DNA from: an uncultured Candidatus Saccharibacteria bacterium
Lineage (GTDB): Bacteria; Patescibacteriota; Minisyncoccia; UBA6257; JACOXY01
DNA length: 64,000 nt
Reading direction: 5' to 3'
Assembly (NCBI GenBank): GCA_964357615.1
Contig: CAYHMC010000007.1
Coordinates: 4,896 to 68,895 of the forward strand
Shown: in pieces, positions 29,574 to 39,049 of the stretch
Layout: each line of letters starts with the position of its first letter
How positions within the stretch are numbered: position 1 is the first letter of the stretch
Made by a program: the position numbers and the translations under genes
The notes under the pieces: generated by a model
Databases searched by the model: none
Told to the model about the DNA's origin: nothing
Seen by the model: the letters and a program-made list of their open reading frames with translations, nothing else

Positions 29574-31436
29574 ATGAAAACTCCACTTATTAAAAAGCCC
29601 TCTCTTTTAAAACAAGCTGGAATGGCTTTTGGTATTTTTATAATAACTTTATCAATATTTTCGATGATTATGGAACAAGGAAAAGTTCCAGAAAAAATAT
29701 CTCTTGGTGAGTTAGTGAAAAGAGTTGAACAAGGAAAAATAGTTAAAGTGGCAATTTTAGGAAATGAACTAAATGCATTTATTCCAGAAAACAAAAGCGA
29801 TATTCCAGATGCCACATCTAAAAAAGAGCCTGGGGTAAGCATTACGGAAGTTTTTCAAAATTATGGAGTTGATTTAAAAACAGCAAACATAGAATTAGTA
29901 GTTGAAGACGAATCTCAGCTTTCTTTTTGGATGGGAAACCTTGCGCTTACCATATTACCCTTCCTTCTTATAGCTGGATTTTTTTGGTGGATGACACGAC
30001 AAGCAAGAGGGGGAATTAACCAGGCTTTTACTTTTGGAAAATCCAGCGCAAAACTTTTTGCTTCATTTAAAGATAAAATTACTTTCAAAGATGTTGCTGG
30101 GTTAAAAGAAGCCAAACAAGAGCTTGAAGAAATAATAGATTTTCTTAAAAATCCGAAAAAGTTTTTAGACATTGGCGCAAAAATTCCACGAGGCGTTCTT
30201 CTTATGGGACCACCTGGAACTGGAAAAACTCTAGTAGCAAGGGCCGTTGCTGGCGAAGCTAATGTTCCTTTCTTTTATATGTCAGCTTCAGAGTTTGTAG
30301 AAATGTTTGTTGGAGTGGGCGCATCTCGCGTTAGAGACCTTTTTGATACTGCAAAAAAATCTTCGCCTTCAATTATATTTATAGATGAAATCGATGCCGT
30401 GGGACGAGAAAGAGGGGCGGGACTAGGAGGTGGACACGACGAAAGAGAGCAAACACTAAATCAAATACTCGTTGAAATGGATGGCTTTGAGAGAGATACT
30501 CGCGTAATAGTTATAGCGGCAACAAACAGGCCCGATGTGCTAGACTCTGCGCTTCTTAGACCAGGAAGATTCGACAGGCGAGTAGTATTAGACCTTCCTG
30601 ACATAAATGATAGAGAGGCAATTTTACACATTCATGCAAAAGGAAAAATTTTAGATCAAGATGTTGATTTGCGACGAGTGGCTGTGCGCACTCCTGGTTT
30701 TTCAGGTGCTGACCTTGCAAACCTAATGAATGAAGCGGCAATTTTTACAGCGCGTGAAAATAAAAAAACAATTGCACAAATATATATTTTAGATGCGATT
30801 GAAAAAGTTATTCTTGGACCAGAGAGGAAGGGACGAGCAATACTTCAAAAAGAAAAAGAGATTACTGCCTATCATGAAGCTGGGCATGCATTGGTTGCAG
30901 CCTCTCTAAAAGATGCTGACCCCGTACAAAAAGTTTCAATTATTAGTCGTGGACGAGCGGGTGGCTACACACTAAAACTTCCTCTTGAAGAAAGACGCCT
31001 AAAAACAAAAAATCAATTTATTGCAGATTTATCGGTGGCTCTTGGAGGTTATGTTTCCGAACAATCAACTTTCGGAGATATAACAACTGGTTCTTCAAGT
31101 GATTTGAAAGAGGCATCGGAACTCGCACGATTACTTGTTACTAGGTATGGCATGTCTAATCTTGGCCCGCTTACTTACGGCAAACACCATGAAACAATTT
31201 TTATTGGTCGTGAAATTAATGCAGAAAGAGATTTTTCTGAAAAAACAGCGCAAGATATTGATAGCGAGGTTTCTAACATAATGAAGTCAGCCTACGATTT
31301 AGCAAAAAAAGTAATTACAAAACACAAAACAGCGCTTAAGGCAATTGCGGACACTTTAATTGAACACGAAACTTTAGAGCATGAAGCTTTTTATGCGCTC
31401 CTCAAAAGATTCAACCTAAAACCAATGGCGGTATAA
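29574..31436 (+). CDS. ftsH: ATP-dependent zinc metalloprotease FtsH
   Basis: Two TM helices, [26 protein letters not shown] and YHEAGH; likely start ATG 29574. Confidence 0.98.
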   Translation: MKTPLIKKPSLLKQAGMAFGIFIITLSIFSMIMEQGKVPEKISLGELVKRVEQGKIVKVAILGNELNAFIPENKSDIPDATSKKEPGVSITEVFQNYGVDLKTANIELVVEDESQLSFWMGNLALTILPFLLIAGFFWWMTRQARGGINQAFTFGKSSAKLFASFKDKITFKDVAGLKEAKQELEEIIDFLKNPKKFLDIGAKIPRGVLLMGPPGTGKTLVARAVAGEANVPFFYMSASEFVEMFVGVGASRVRDLFDTAKKSSPSIIFIDEIDAVGRERGAGLGGGHDEREQTLNQILVEMDGFERDTRVIVIAATNRPDVLDSALLRPGRFDRRVVLDLPDINDREAILHIHAKGKILDQDVDLRRVAVRTPGFSGADLANLMNEAAIFTARENKKTIAQIYILDAIEKVILGPERKGRAILQKEKEITAYHEAGHALVAASLKDADPVQKVSIISRGRAGGYTLKLPLEERRLKTKNQFIADLSVALGGYVSEQSTFGDITTGSSSDLKEASELARLLVTRYGMSNLGPLTYGKHHETIFIGREINAERDFSEKTAQDIDSEVSNIMKSAYDLAKKVITKHKTALKAIADTLIEHETLEHEAFYALLKRFNLKPMAV

Positions 31437-31455
31437 TGCGCAAACTTTAGGATTT

Positions 31456-31486
31456 AAAAATCCACCAAATACCTTGGTGGATTTTT
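31456..31486 (+). terminator. Intrinsic terminator after ftsH
   Basis: AAAAATCCACCAA-ATACC-TTGGTGGATTTTT. Confidence 0.8.
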
Positions 31487-31580
31487 ATTTTAATATTTGA
31501 ATATAAAATAGTAGGAGCCTCAATCATTGTTTTGCCTTGGCATTGTTTTTTATTATTTTTTCGGTATAATTTTTGAAAAT

Positions 31581-31653
31581 GCGCCTGTAGCTTAGTGGCT
31601 AAAGCACCGAGCTTATACCTCGGGGATCGATGGTTCGAGTCCATCCAGGCGCA
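31581..31653 (+). tRNA. tRNA-Ile(UAU)
   Basis: GCGCCTG acceptor stem, anticodon arm CCGAG-CTTATAC-CTCGG, T-arm GATGGTTCGAGTCCATC; CCA not encoded. Confidence 0.92.
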
Positions 31654-31686
31654 CACTTCGGCAAGCTTAGTGCGAGCCAAAGTTAT

Positions 31687-31762
31687 GCGCGCTTAACTCA
31701 GTGGCCAGAGTGCCTCCTTTACACGGAGGAAGCCGGGGGTTCAAATCCCTCAGCGCGCACCA
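31687..31762 (+). tRNA. tRNA-Val(UAC)
   Basis: GCGCGCT acceptor stem, CCTCC-TTTACAC-GGAGG, GGTTCAAATCC, encoded CCA. Confidence 0.96.
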
Positions 31763-31832
31763 AATAAATCCAAATAAATAAAGATAATTTTTATTAAATT
31801 GACAGCGGGTAAATATATTATATACTAGCTTT

Positions 31833-32102
31833 ATGAACGAAAGTGAATTAAAAAGTGCTTTAACTAAACTTATTTCAGAGTCTTCATTATCTCCAGAGGA
31901 CAAAGATCTTTGGAATAAATCACTAGAAAACTCTCCTTTTGAGATAATGCTTGCTGTTCATTCATTTCTCATTGATTATGGTGGTAAATTACAAGAAGCA
32001 ACCAACTTTTTAAAACGAAAAATTTCTGCAATTAATAGCAAAGACTCATCGGCATGGAACGGCATTCTAAAAGATGAGGATTTATTCTTAAATCAAAATT
32101 AA
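31833..32102 (+). CDS. Hypothetical small helical protein
   Basis: ORF directly after a TTGACA-17-TATACT promoter (about 31799-31827). Confidence 0.7.
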   Translation: MNESELKSALTKLISESSLSPEDKDLWNKSLENSPFEIMLAVHSFLIDYGGKLQEATNFLKRKISAINSKDSSAWNGILKDEDLFLNQN

Positions 32103-32110
32103 TTTTAATT

Positions 32111-33091
32111 ATGGCAGAACCAAAATTTGAAGGATTAGAACCTGAAACAAACAACGAAGAAACTGTCGAAGGCACAGCTAGTTTAGCTAACCCAGAAAAA
32201 AAAGCTCAGCAATTCACTCTAGAGGGAACAGCTGAAATGAATGCTGACATAGCACCAGAAGCATTCCAAGATGCAGTTGCAGAGTCAGCAGAAATGCAAA
32301 CAGAAAGAGCTTCAAAAGAAGGTGGTAAAAGACGCGTTGGTAGAGTGGCAATGGCCGCGCTTTCACTAATGGCGTTAATGATGATTACGCCAATGGATGT
32401 AGACGCTGGGGGAGGCAAACACAATCGAGAAGGACAACGAACTGAAAATATTAATACTAATAACTACAACTACAAATCTACTACCAGAGTAGAATATGGC
32501 CAGAGAGATTCATGGAAACGAGTGGGAATGGATGCAGCTAGAATGGGCATTGCAAGAGTTATGGGTGGCGGAGGACCAGTAGTATACGGTGGTGGCGGAG
32601 GGGGAAGAATGCTTGCGGGTGGTGTGTGGGTAGACGGACCAACAACTATTTATGAATCGAATATGGAACGCGCAAGAACTGACGCCATGAGAATAGGAGC
32701 TGAAGTTGAAAAAGCTAGAATTGAAGCGCAGGCTGCTATTGAGATAGAAAAAATTCGCGCTGGCAAAGGTTCTCCCCAAGGCGTTGAATTTGTTGAACGC
32801 GGAAATGCCGATGCTCCCAATCAAGATAATAACGCACACGAAGCAGCGCCAGAAAGACAGTCCGACGACGAAAGAGCAGTAGACATGGAACGCACTTATG
32901 ACGCAGGCGTTAAAGATGGTCTACAAGAAATTGCAATGGCGAAAAACTATGGCGGCGAACATCCAGTTATGACAAAAGGAAGATGGGAGCAAATTTTATC
33001 AGCGAATCAAAATAATAGAGATGCTGATAGTTACTATAAGGGATTTTTATATTCTTGGTCTACAGCTGGAGGAATTATTGATATAAAATAA
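32111..33091 (+). CDS. Hypothetical protein: acidic N-extension, internal signal/TM segment, Gly-rich segment, coiled coil
   Basis: KRRVGRVAMAALSLMALMMITPMDVDA; GGGGPVVYGGGGGG. Confidence 0.75.
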   Translation: MAEPKFEGLEPETNNEETVEGTASLANPEKKAQQFTLEGTAEMNADIAPEAFQDAVAESAEMQTERASKEGGKRRVGRVAMAALSLMALMMITPMDVDAGGGKHNREGQRTENINTNNYNYKSTTRVEYGQRDSWKRVGMDAARMGIARVMGGGGPVVYGGGGGGRMLAGGVWVDGPTTIYESNMERARTDAMRIGAEVEKARIEAQAAIEIEKIRAGKGSPQGVEFVERGNADAPNQDNNAHEAAPERQSDDERAVDMERTYDAGVKDGLQEIAMAKNYGGEHPVMTKGRWEQILSANQNNRDADSYYKGFLYSWSTAGGIIDIK

Positions 33092-33130
33092 TATGTAGTA
33101 TGTACCAGATTTGAACCCAGTATATTAAAA

Positions 33131-33439
33131 ATGTCTAAAACACTTTATAAGCTTCTATCAGTATTATCGATCATTCCATTAGTTGGGACATTTCTATACT
33201 GGCAATCACTCGACGGATGGTCTGGATTGGGTGGATTTTTTTTATTTGGGTTTGTAGCACTTTTTTCTGCAATATTATCGGGGGTAATTGGGTTTTTAGG
33301 ATTGCAATTAATAATTAGAACAAAAAAACGCAACGAAAATATTGGTTCGCTATTATTTTATACAGTAATTGCATTTACTCCAGCTATACTAACAATTGTT
33401 TTATCAATCCATACATACTTAGGTAGTATTTTGTATTGA
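33131..33439 (+). CDS. Small 3-TM membrane protein
   Basis: Three hydrophobic segments. Confidence 0.7.
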   Translation: MSKTLYKLLSVLSIIPLVGTFLYWQSLDGWSGLGGFFLFGFVALFSAILSGVIGFLGLQLIIRTKKRNENIGSLLFYTVIAFTPAILTIVLSIHTYLGSILY

Positions 33440-33446
33440 TAACACA

Positions 33447-34349
33447 TTACGACCTTCTTCTGCCATGAAAAGTTTTATGAATCTCTTTTAGTTCTTTATT
33501 TGTAACATGAGTATATATTTGCGTTGTAGAAATATTTGCATGACCAAGTAGCGCCTGCACGGAACGAAGGTCGGCCCCATTCATTAATAAATCAGTGGCA
33601 AATGCATGTCGCATCATGTGTGGTGTTACATGGTCTTGTATTCCAGCTTTCCTCGCATAATGGTCTATCATTCTCTGAACAGACCTTGAGGATACCCTGC
33701 CAGTAGAAACTTCCTTCTTTTTTAGCGGATTGCCAGATGCAAAACTAACAAATAGTGCTTCCTCGGCATCAACTCGCTTAGCTAAATAATTTTTTACAGC
33801 AGTCACTGCTCGTGGAGAAAAAAAGACAACACGAATTTTTTCTCCCTTACCCCTGACGCTAATTTCGCCTCTTTCTAAATTTAGATATCTGTTTAGTGCA
33901 CACAATTCAGAAATACGAAGTCCGGTTGAAAAAAAAGTTTCGAGTATTGCTCTATCCCGTAATCCTCGCAATGTTTTGGTGTCAGGCGCATTCATTAATC
34001 TCTCTATATCACTACTTTCTGGAATTTCTATCTGACGCGAAGGAGTTCTGGGAAGCTCTATTTTATCTGGCGATAAAACTTCGAGATCTCTTTTTATTAA
34101 AAACTTCAAATAATTTCTGATTGATATAATATAATAGCTTTGCGTATTTTTCTTAATATTCCTGCGAGCTAAATTTAAACGAAATTCTCGCACAACACTT
34201 TCAGTAATATCACCCACATTTTTAATTTTTTGAACATCAAAAAAAACTTTTAAGTAACGCTCATAATTTTCGCGAGTTTTTATAGAGCGATTTTTTTCTA
34301 TTTCTAAATAATTTAAATACTCAATTAAATATTTTTGTACTTCGGTCAT
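33447..34349 (-). CDS. XerC/XerD-family tyrosine recombinase
   Basis: RDRAILE, TGLRISEL, GKGEKIR, TPHMMRHAFAT and LLGHANISTTQIYTH; 300 aa. Confidence 0.95.
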   Translation of the reverse strand: MTEVQKYLIEYLNYLEIEKNRSIKTRENYERYLKVFFDVQKIKNVGDITESVVREFRLNLARRNIKKNTQSYYIISIRNYLKFLIKRDLEVLSPDKIELPRTPSRQIEIPESSDIERLMNAPDTKTLRGLRDRAILETFFSTGLRISELCALNRYLNLERGEISVRGKGEKIRVVFFSPRAVTAVKNYLAKRVDAEEALFVSFASGNPLKKKEVSTGRVSSRSVQRMIDHYARKAGIQDHVTPHMMRHAFATDLLMNGADLRSVQALLGHANISTTQIYTHVTNKELKEIHKTFHGRRRS

Positions 34350-34370
34350 GCTCTAATGGTAACTCAAAAA

Positions 34371-34562
34371 GCCGTTTTGCGACAATTGAAATTTGTTGTA
34401 AAACGGCTTGAAATTTTGCGACAGTTAAGTAATGTAACTGTTGCAAAATATTTTGACATTTTGCGTCAAGTTTTGTTTTTAGAATTCGATGCAATAATGT
34501 TTGTTTTGCGACAATTGATATTACAAACATTACAATTGGTTAAAATTGAAACTATTGCAAAA
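34371..34562. repeat. Array of TTTTGCGACA(A/G)TT repeats arranged as inverted pairs between the Xer gene and rpsO
   Basis: Forward copies at 34375, 34414, 34459 and 34504; reverse copies at about 34390-34403, 34435-34448 and about 34549-34562. Confidence 0.8.
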
Positions 34563-34591
34563 ACCAAAATTATGTGCTAATATTCCAACTA

Positions 34592-34858
34592 ATGTTAACC
34601 ACTCGAAAAAAGCTCAATATCATAAAGGAAATTCAAGTTCATGAAACTGACACTGGTTCTGCTCCAGTACAAATTGGCATTTTGTCTCGCCAAATTGACG
34701 AACTTGCTGGGCATCTCAAGAAGCACCCAAAAGATAACCACTCTCGTCGTGGCCTTTTAAAAATGGTTAATAAAAGAAGGAAGCTTTTGTTATATCTTTC
34801 AAAAAACGATGAAAAGTCATACTCTCAAACAATTAAAAAACTTGGGCTAAAGAAATAA
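34592..34858 (+). CDS. rpsO: 30S ribosomal protein S15
   Basis: HETDTGSAPVQI, HLKKHPKDNHSRRGLLKMV; ATG 34592. Confidence 0.98.
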   Translation: MLTTRKKLNIIKEIQVHETDTGSAPVQIGILSRQIDELAGHLKKHPKDNHSRRGLLKMVNKRRKLLLYLSKNDEKSYSQTIKKLGLKK

Positions 34859-34953
34859 AAACGACACCAATCTACTAATACATACTAATGATACTGACTT
34901 GTTTTTGGTTTCATTAGCATGCGTTTGTACATTGTTTATCGTTTTACAGATTA

Positions 34954-35517
34954 ATGTCAGCATCTCAATACAAAGACCAGCGAGTAGGCATCTTCATAGA
35001 TATTCAAAACCTCTATCACTCTGCGAAGCATCTCTATGGAGGTAGAGTAAATTACAAAGAGCTTATTAAGAATCTTGTTTTTGGAAGACGCCTAATTAGG
35101 TCTATTGCTTATGTAATTAAAAGCGAAGGCATAGAAAATACATCAGCGCCGAACTATGCACCACACGAAGAAGCTGGGGTAATTTCGGGACGCGAAGCAA
35201 CTTTCTTTGAAGCCCTTGAAAATGCTGGGATAGATTTAAGAATCAAAGACATTCAAATATTTCCTGGTGGAACAAAAAAGGCAGACTGGGATGTTGGCAT
35301 GGCAGTGGATGCAATTCGTATAGCGCCAATGCTAGATGTAATAATTTTAGTTACAGGTGACGGTGATTTTGTTCCTCTTGTTGAGTATTTAAAATGGGGA
35401 ATGGGTAAGCAAGTTGAGGTTGCGGCTTTTGGCAAAAGCTCATCGGCAAAATTAAAAGAAGTTGCAGACCAATTTATAACAATAGAAAAAATACCAAAAA
35501 GTATAATTAAAAAATAG
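34954..35517 (+). CDS. NYN domain protein (LabA/DUF88 PIN-like)
   Basis: IFIDIQN, KADWDVGMAVD, LVTGDGDFVPL, LKEVADQF. Confidence 0.92.
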   Translation: MSASQYKDQRVGIFIDIQNLYHSAKHLYGGRVNYKELIKNLVFGRRLIRSIAYVIKSEGIENTSAPNYAPHEEAGVISGREATFFEALENAGIDLRIKDIQIFPGGTKKADWDVGMAVDAIRIAPMLDVIILVTGDGDFVPLVEYLKWGMGKQVEVAAFGKSSSAKLKEVADQFITIEKIPKSIIKK

Positions 35518-35672
35518 CTGAAAAATATAATTTCATACGAAAATACGAAATAAAAAAATAGAAGTTTTGATTTGGAAGTCCAATGGCCGAGTATATACAA
35601 ATTACTTTACTATCGGACTTCCAAAACTTCCCTTCGTAAATCCGCGCGAATAATTACTTTTCAGCAAATAAA

Positions 35673-37787
35673 ATGTCACACAAAAAATACTCGATTGAGG
35701 TGGGTGGTCGTGAGTTAATATTAGATTTTCCAGGGTTTGCAGAGCAAGCAAATGGTTCCGTAATTGGAACATATGGAGAAACTGTTGTTCATGCCGCGGT
35801 TGTTATGTCCAAGCACGACAGAGAAGGTCTTGATTATTTTCCACTTACAATTGATTACGAAGAAAAATTCTACGCTGCTGGAAAAATACTAGGCAGTCGA
35901 TTTGTGCGTCGCGAAGGAAGGCCATCTGATGAAGCTATTCTATCCGCTCGTTTAATTGATCGCTCATTACGCCCATTATTTAATGGAAAAACACGAAGAG
36001 ACATTCAAATTACATTAACCGTTTTAGCATTTGATGAAGAAAACGATCCAGACGCAATCGGACTTATTGTTGCGTCAGCAGCGCTACACGCATCAGATAT
36101 TCCCTTTGCTGGCCCAGCCGCAGGTCTTCGTATTGCTAAAGTAGGAGATGAAATCATTATTAACCCCAAGATGTCTTTGTTAAAGAGTGGCACTCACCCA
36201 ATCGAAGTTTTTGCAGCTGGCACGAATGAACATATAAATATGATTGAAATGGAGGGATTAGATGCCAATGAAGAAGAGCTATTAAATATATTTGAGCTTG
36301 CTCAAAAAGAAATTACTAAAATTACAGAATTTCAGGAAAAAATTCGTACTGAAATTGGAGAAGAAAAAACTAAAGTATTTCTAGCGGAAACAGATGCCAA
36401 ACTTCATGAAGAAGTAAAAAACTTTATCAAAGATAAACTCGAAGGTGCTGTTTATGCAACAGAAAAAATAGAAAGACAAAGCAAAATGAATGTTCTAAAG
36501 CAAGAAATGCGTGAACATCTTAGAAGTAAAGAGTATAACGAAATTGCCGTAGATGCCTCTGAAGAATTATTTGAAGATGAGATTAATGATTTAATGCATG
36601 ACAAAGTATTAAATGAAGGAAAAAGACCAGACGGAAGAAAGCTAGACGAAGTTCGCACACTTTCTTCTGAGGTCGGGCTTTTTGCTCGCACTCATGGTTC
36701 TGCAGTTTTCACACGAGGAAATACTCGCTCGCTTGCAGTTGTAACCCTTGGTCCTCCTGGAGCCTACAAGATTATAGAAACCATGGAATCAACCGAAAAA
36801 AAGCGCTTTATGCTACATTATAATTTTCCTAAATATTCTACAGGAGAAACCGGTATGTCTCGCGGTCCAGGACGAAGAGAAATCGGTCATGGAGCACTAG
36901 CCGAAAAAGCAATTCGAAGACTTCTCCCAAAAGCAGAAAACTTTCCTTATACTATTCGCGTAGTTTCGGAAATTATGTCTTCAAATGGTTCATCTTCTAT
37001 GGCATCAGCTTGTGGAGCAAGCTTAGCTCTTATGGATGCCGGAGTGCCGATTCTAAAACCTGTTGCTGGTATTGCAATGGGACTTATAGTTGACCAAAAC
37101 GGAACAGATGATTGGTCAAAGAGAAAATTCAAAGTTTTAACCGATATACAGGGCCCAGAAGATCATCATGGGGATATGGACTTCAAGGTTGCCGGCACTA
37201 AAGATGGAGTAAATGCAGTTCAGCTGGATGTAAAAATCAAAGGACTTACTATAGAAATGATTGGAGCAACATTAGCTGATGCGAAAAAAGCACGATTACA
37301 TATTTTAGAATCAATGAATCAAACTCTAAGCGCTCCTCGCGCAACCCTTTCTAAATATGCACCGCTTATATTTACGCTTAAAATTAAACCAGAACAAATT
37401 GGCTCTATCATTGGTGCGGGAGGAAAAGTAATAAACAAACTTATAGAAGAAACTGGTGTTATTTCTATTGATATAGAAGAAGATGGGTCAGTGTTCGTAA
37501 CTGCTCCGAACCAAGAAACTGGAGAAAAAGCTCGCAAAGCCATTGAATCAATTCTTCGAGAATTCTTGCCGGGTGACATAGTTGAAGGACCAATCATAAA
37601 AGTGTTAGATTTTGGCGCCATTGTAGATTTGGGCGGCGGCAAAGATGGAATGATACATGTCTCCGAATTGAAAGAAGGTTTTGTTAAAAAAGTAACTGAT
37701 GTAGTGAAATTAGGTGATGTAGTTAAGGCAAAAGTGGTACATGTCGAAAATGGCAAAATAGGCCTTTCGATAAAACAATTAAAATAA
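35673..37787 (+). CDS. pnp: Polyribonucleotide nucleotidyltransferase
   Basis: FPLTIDYEEK, RREGRPS, HGSAVFTRG, RREIGHG, SNGSSSMAS, GDMDFKVAGT; KH and S1 domains. Confidence 0.98.
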   Translation: MSHKKYSIEVGGRELILDFPGFAEQANGSVIGTYGETVVHAAVVMSKHDREGLDYFPLTIDYEEKFYAAGKILGSRFVRREGRPSDEAILSARLIDRSLRPLFNGKTRRDIQITLTVLAFDEENDPDAIGLIVASAALHASDIPFAGPAAGLRIAKVGDEIIINPKMSLLKSGTHPIEVFAAGTNEHINMIEMEGLDANEEELLNIFELAQKEITKITEFQEKIRTEIGEEKTKVFLAETDAKLHEEVKNFIKDKLEGAVYATEKIERQSKMNVLKQEMREHLRSKEYNEIAVDASEELFEDEINDLMHDKVLNEGKRPDGRKLDEVRTLSSEVGLFARTHGSAVFTRGNTRSLAVVTLGPPGAYKIIETMESTEKKRFMLHYNFPKYSTGETGMSRGPGRREIGHGALAEKAIRRLLPKAENFPYTIRVVSEIMSSNGSSSMASACGASLALMDAGVPILKPVAGIAMGLIVDQNGTDDWSKRKFKVLTDIQGPEDHHGDMDFKVAGTKDGVNAVQLDVKIKGLTIEMIGATLADAKKARLHILESMNQTLSAPRATLSKYAPLIFTLKIKPEQIGSIIGAGGKVINKLIEETGVISIDIEEDGSVFVTAPNQETGEKARKAIESILREFLPGDIVEGPIIKVLDFGAIVDLGGGKDGMIHVSELKEGFVKKVTDVVKLGDVVKAKVVHVENGKIGLSIKQLK

Positions 37788-37806
37788 TTTTTGTTTTAAT
37801 ATAAAT

Positions 37807-37839
37807 AAAAAAGCATAGTTACACAACTATTGCTTTTTT
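37807..37839 (+). terminator. Intrinsic terminator after pnp
   Basis: AAAAAAGCATAGTT-ACAC-AACTATTGCTTTTTT. Confidence 0.75.
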
Positions 37840-37985
37840 ATTTATATTTTAATTTTGCACATGTTAAATTATATATATGTTATACTAATATGGTCGTAAT
37901 ATATAATAAAATTACATAAAATAAATCTCTTGAAGATATACTTTGATTTTAATCAAAGTAATCAAAAGATGAGGCTATACAAACA

Positions 37986-39026
37986 ATGATTGTGTATCCC
38001 GATCCAAACGCTTCAAATAAAAGTGGGGGAGTGGGTCCGCCACCACAACCACCGATTACAGTTCGCACCATGGAATCAGACATAAAATCTATGCAGGAAA
38101 GTGGCGGTGGTGCTCCGCAAGAAGAATTATTAAATGCTCCTCGTGCTCCAATTAGACCAGAAACCCAAAACCCTATGGACGATGATATGAAAATTAAAAT
38201 TCCAGGATACGGAGGCCCAGAGAAGGGAGTTTTTTCTTCGGTATCTTTGCCGACCTCTGAAAGAGGAGTTAATTTGCCCAACCCTTCAGCTCCCAACAAT
38301 GCGCCACCGAAAGGTAGTTCGCTTGGGAAAATTATTGCCTTACTTGTAACAATTATCGTTGCCGCACTAATTGGAGTAGGTCTCTATTTTTATGTTTACC
38401 CACTACTTTTAAATCCAACCCCTTCACCAAGCCCAGTAGTCGAGGTATCGCCATCTCCAGAACAAACTGCCTCGTCTCCAACGCCATCAGCATCAACTCA
38501 TACAAGTTTTATAAAAGCTTCTAAAACAGAAGATGCTTCTTCAATTTCTGAAGCAAAAGCAGAAGTGGTCGGAGCCAGCTCAACTTTAATAAAAGAAATA
38601 GTCATAAAAAAAGATGGTAATAATGCTACTCTTTCTAGCTATCTTCCATCAATATTTCCAGAACTATCCGCAGAAGATGTTTCATTAATTTTTAATAACG
38701 ATTTCACAGCCTTTATATATTATGATGAAAATGGGGCTTGGCCAGGATATGTATTTAAGCGCAATAAAGAAATCACTCCATTTGTAGCGCAAAATACTTT
38801 TAGAAAAATTGAAATTTCAAAATCTTTTAGTAATTTATATTTATTTAATGTTGGAGAAAAAAAAGGAGAATTTAAAAGCGGTAACTATAACGGAATCGAC
38901 ACTCATTATCTAGTCTTTGAAACTAAGGGCGCGTCACTTAACTACGCATGGAAAGACGATTTACTAATTCTTACAACCACCTTCCCAGCCCTTAAAGCGC
39001 TAATTGACGGTGGACTTGCGCTTTAA
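37986..39026 (+). CDS. Membrane-anchored protein with Pro-rich cytoplasmic N-terminus
   Basis: VRTMESDI motif, single TM, P/S/T linker, extracellular domain. Confidence 0.8.
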   Translation: MIVYPDPNASNKSGGVGPPPQPPITVRTMESDIKSMQESGGGAPQEELLNAPRAPIRPETQNPMDDDMKIKIPGYGGPEKGVFSSVSLPTSERGVNLPNPSAPNNAPPKGSSLGKIIALLVTIIVAALIGVGLYFYVYPLLLNPTPSPSPVVEVSPSPEQTASSPTPSASTHTSFIKASKTEDASSISEAKAEVVGASSTLIKEIVIKKDGNNATLSSYLPSIFPELSAEDVSLIFNNDFTAFIYYDENGAWPGYVFKRNKEITPFVAQNTFRKIEISKSFSNLYLFNVGEKKGEFKSGNYNGIDTHYLVFETKGASLNYAWKDDLLILTTTFPALKALIDGGLAL

Positions 39027-39049
39027 TTTAATAATTTTTTAATTTAATA

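Noticed and set aside
31447-31903. Two minus-strand ORFs (77 and 78 aa)
   Set aside because: They are antisense translations of tRNA-Ile and tRNA-Val
24619-34349. Integron (cassette-like genes plus a tyrosine recombinase)
   Set aside because: The hairpins lack convincing attC RYYYAAC/GTTRRRY ends, the genes carry their own promoters and differ in orientation, and the recombinase looks like a plain Xer without the IntI insertion
34321-34580. Short ORFs on both strands upstream of the Xer gene
   Set aside because: They overlap the Xer start, and their repetitive peptides simply reflect the DNA repeat array
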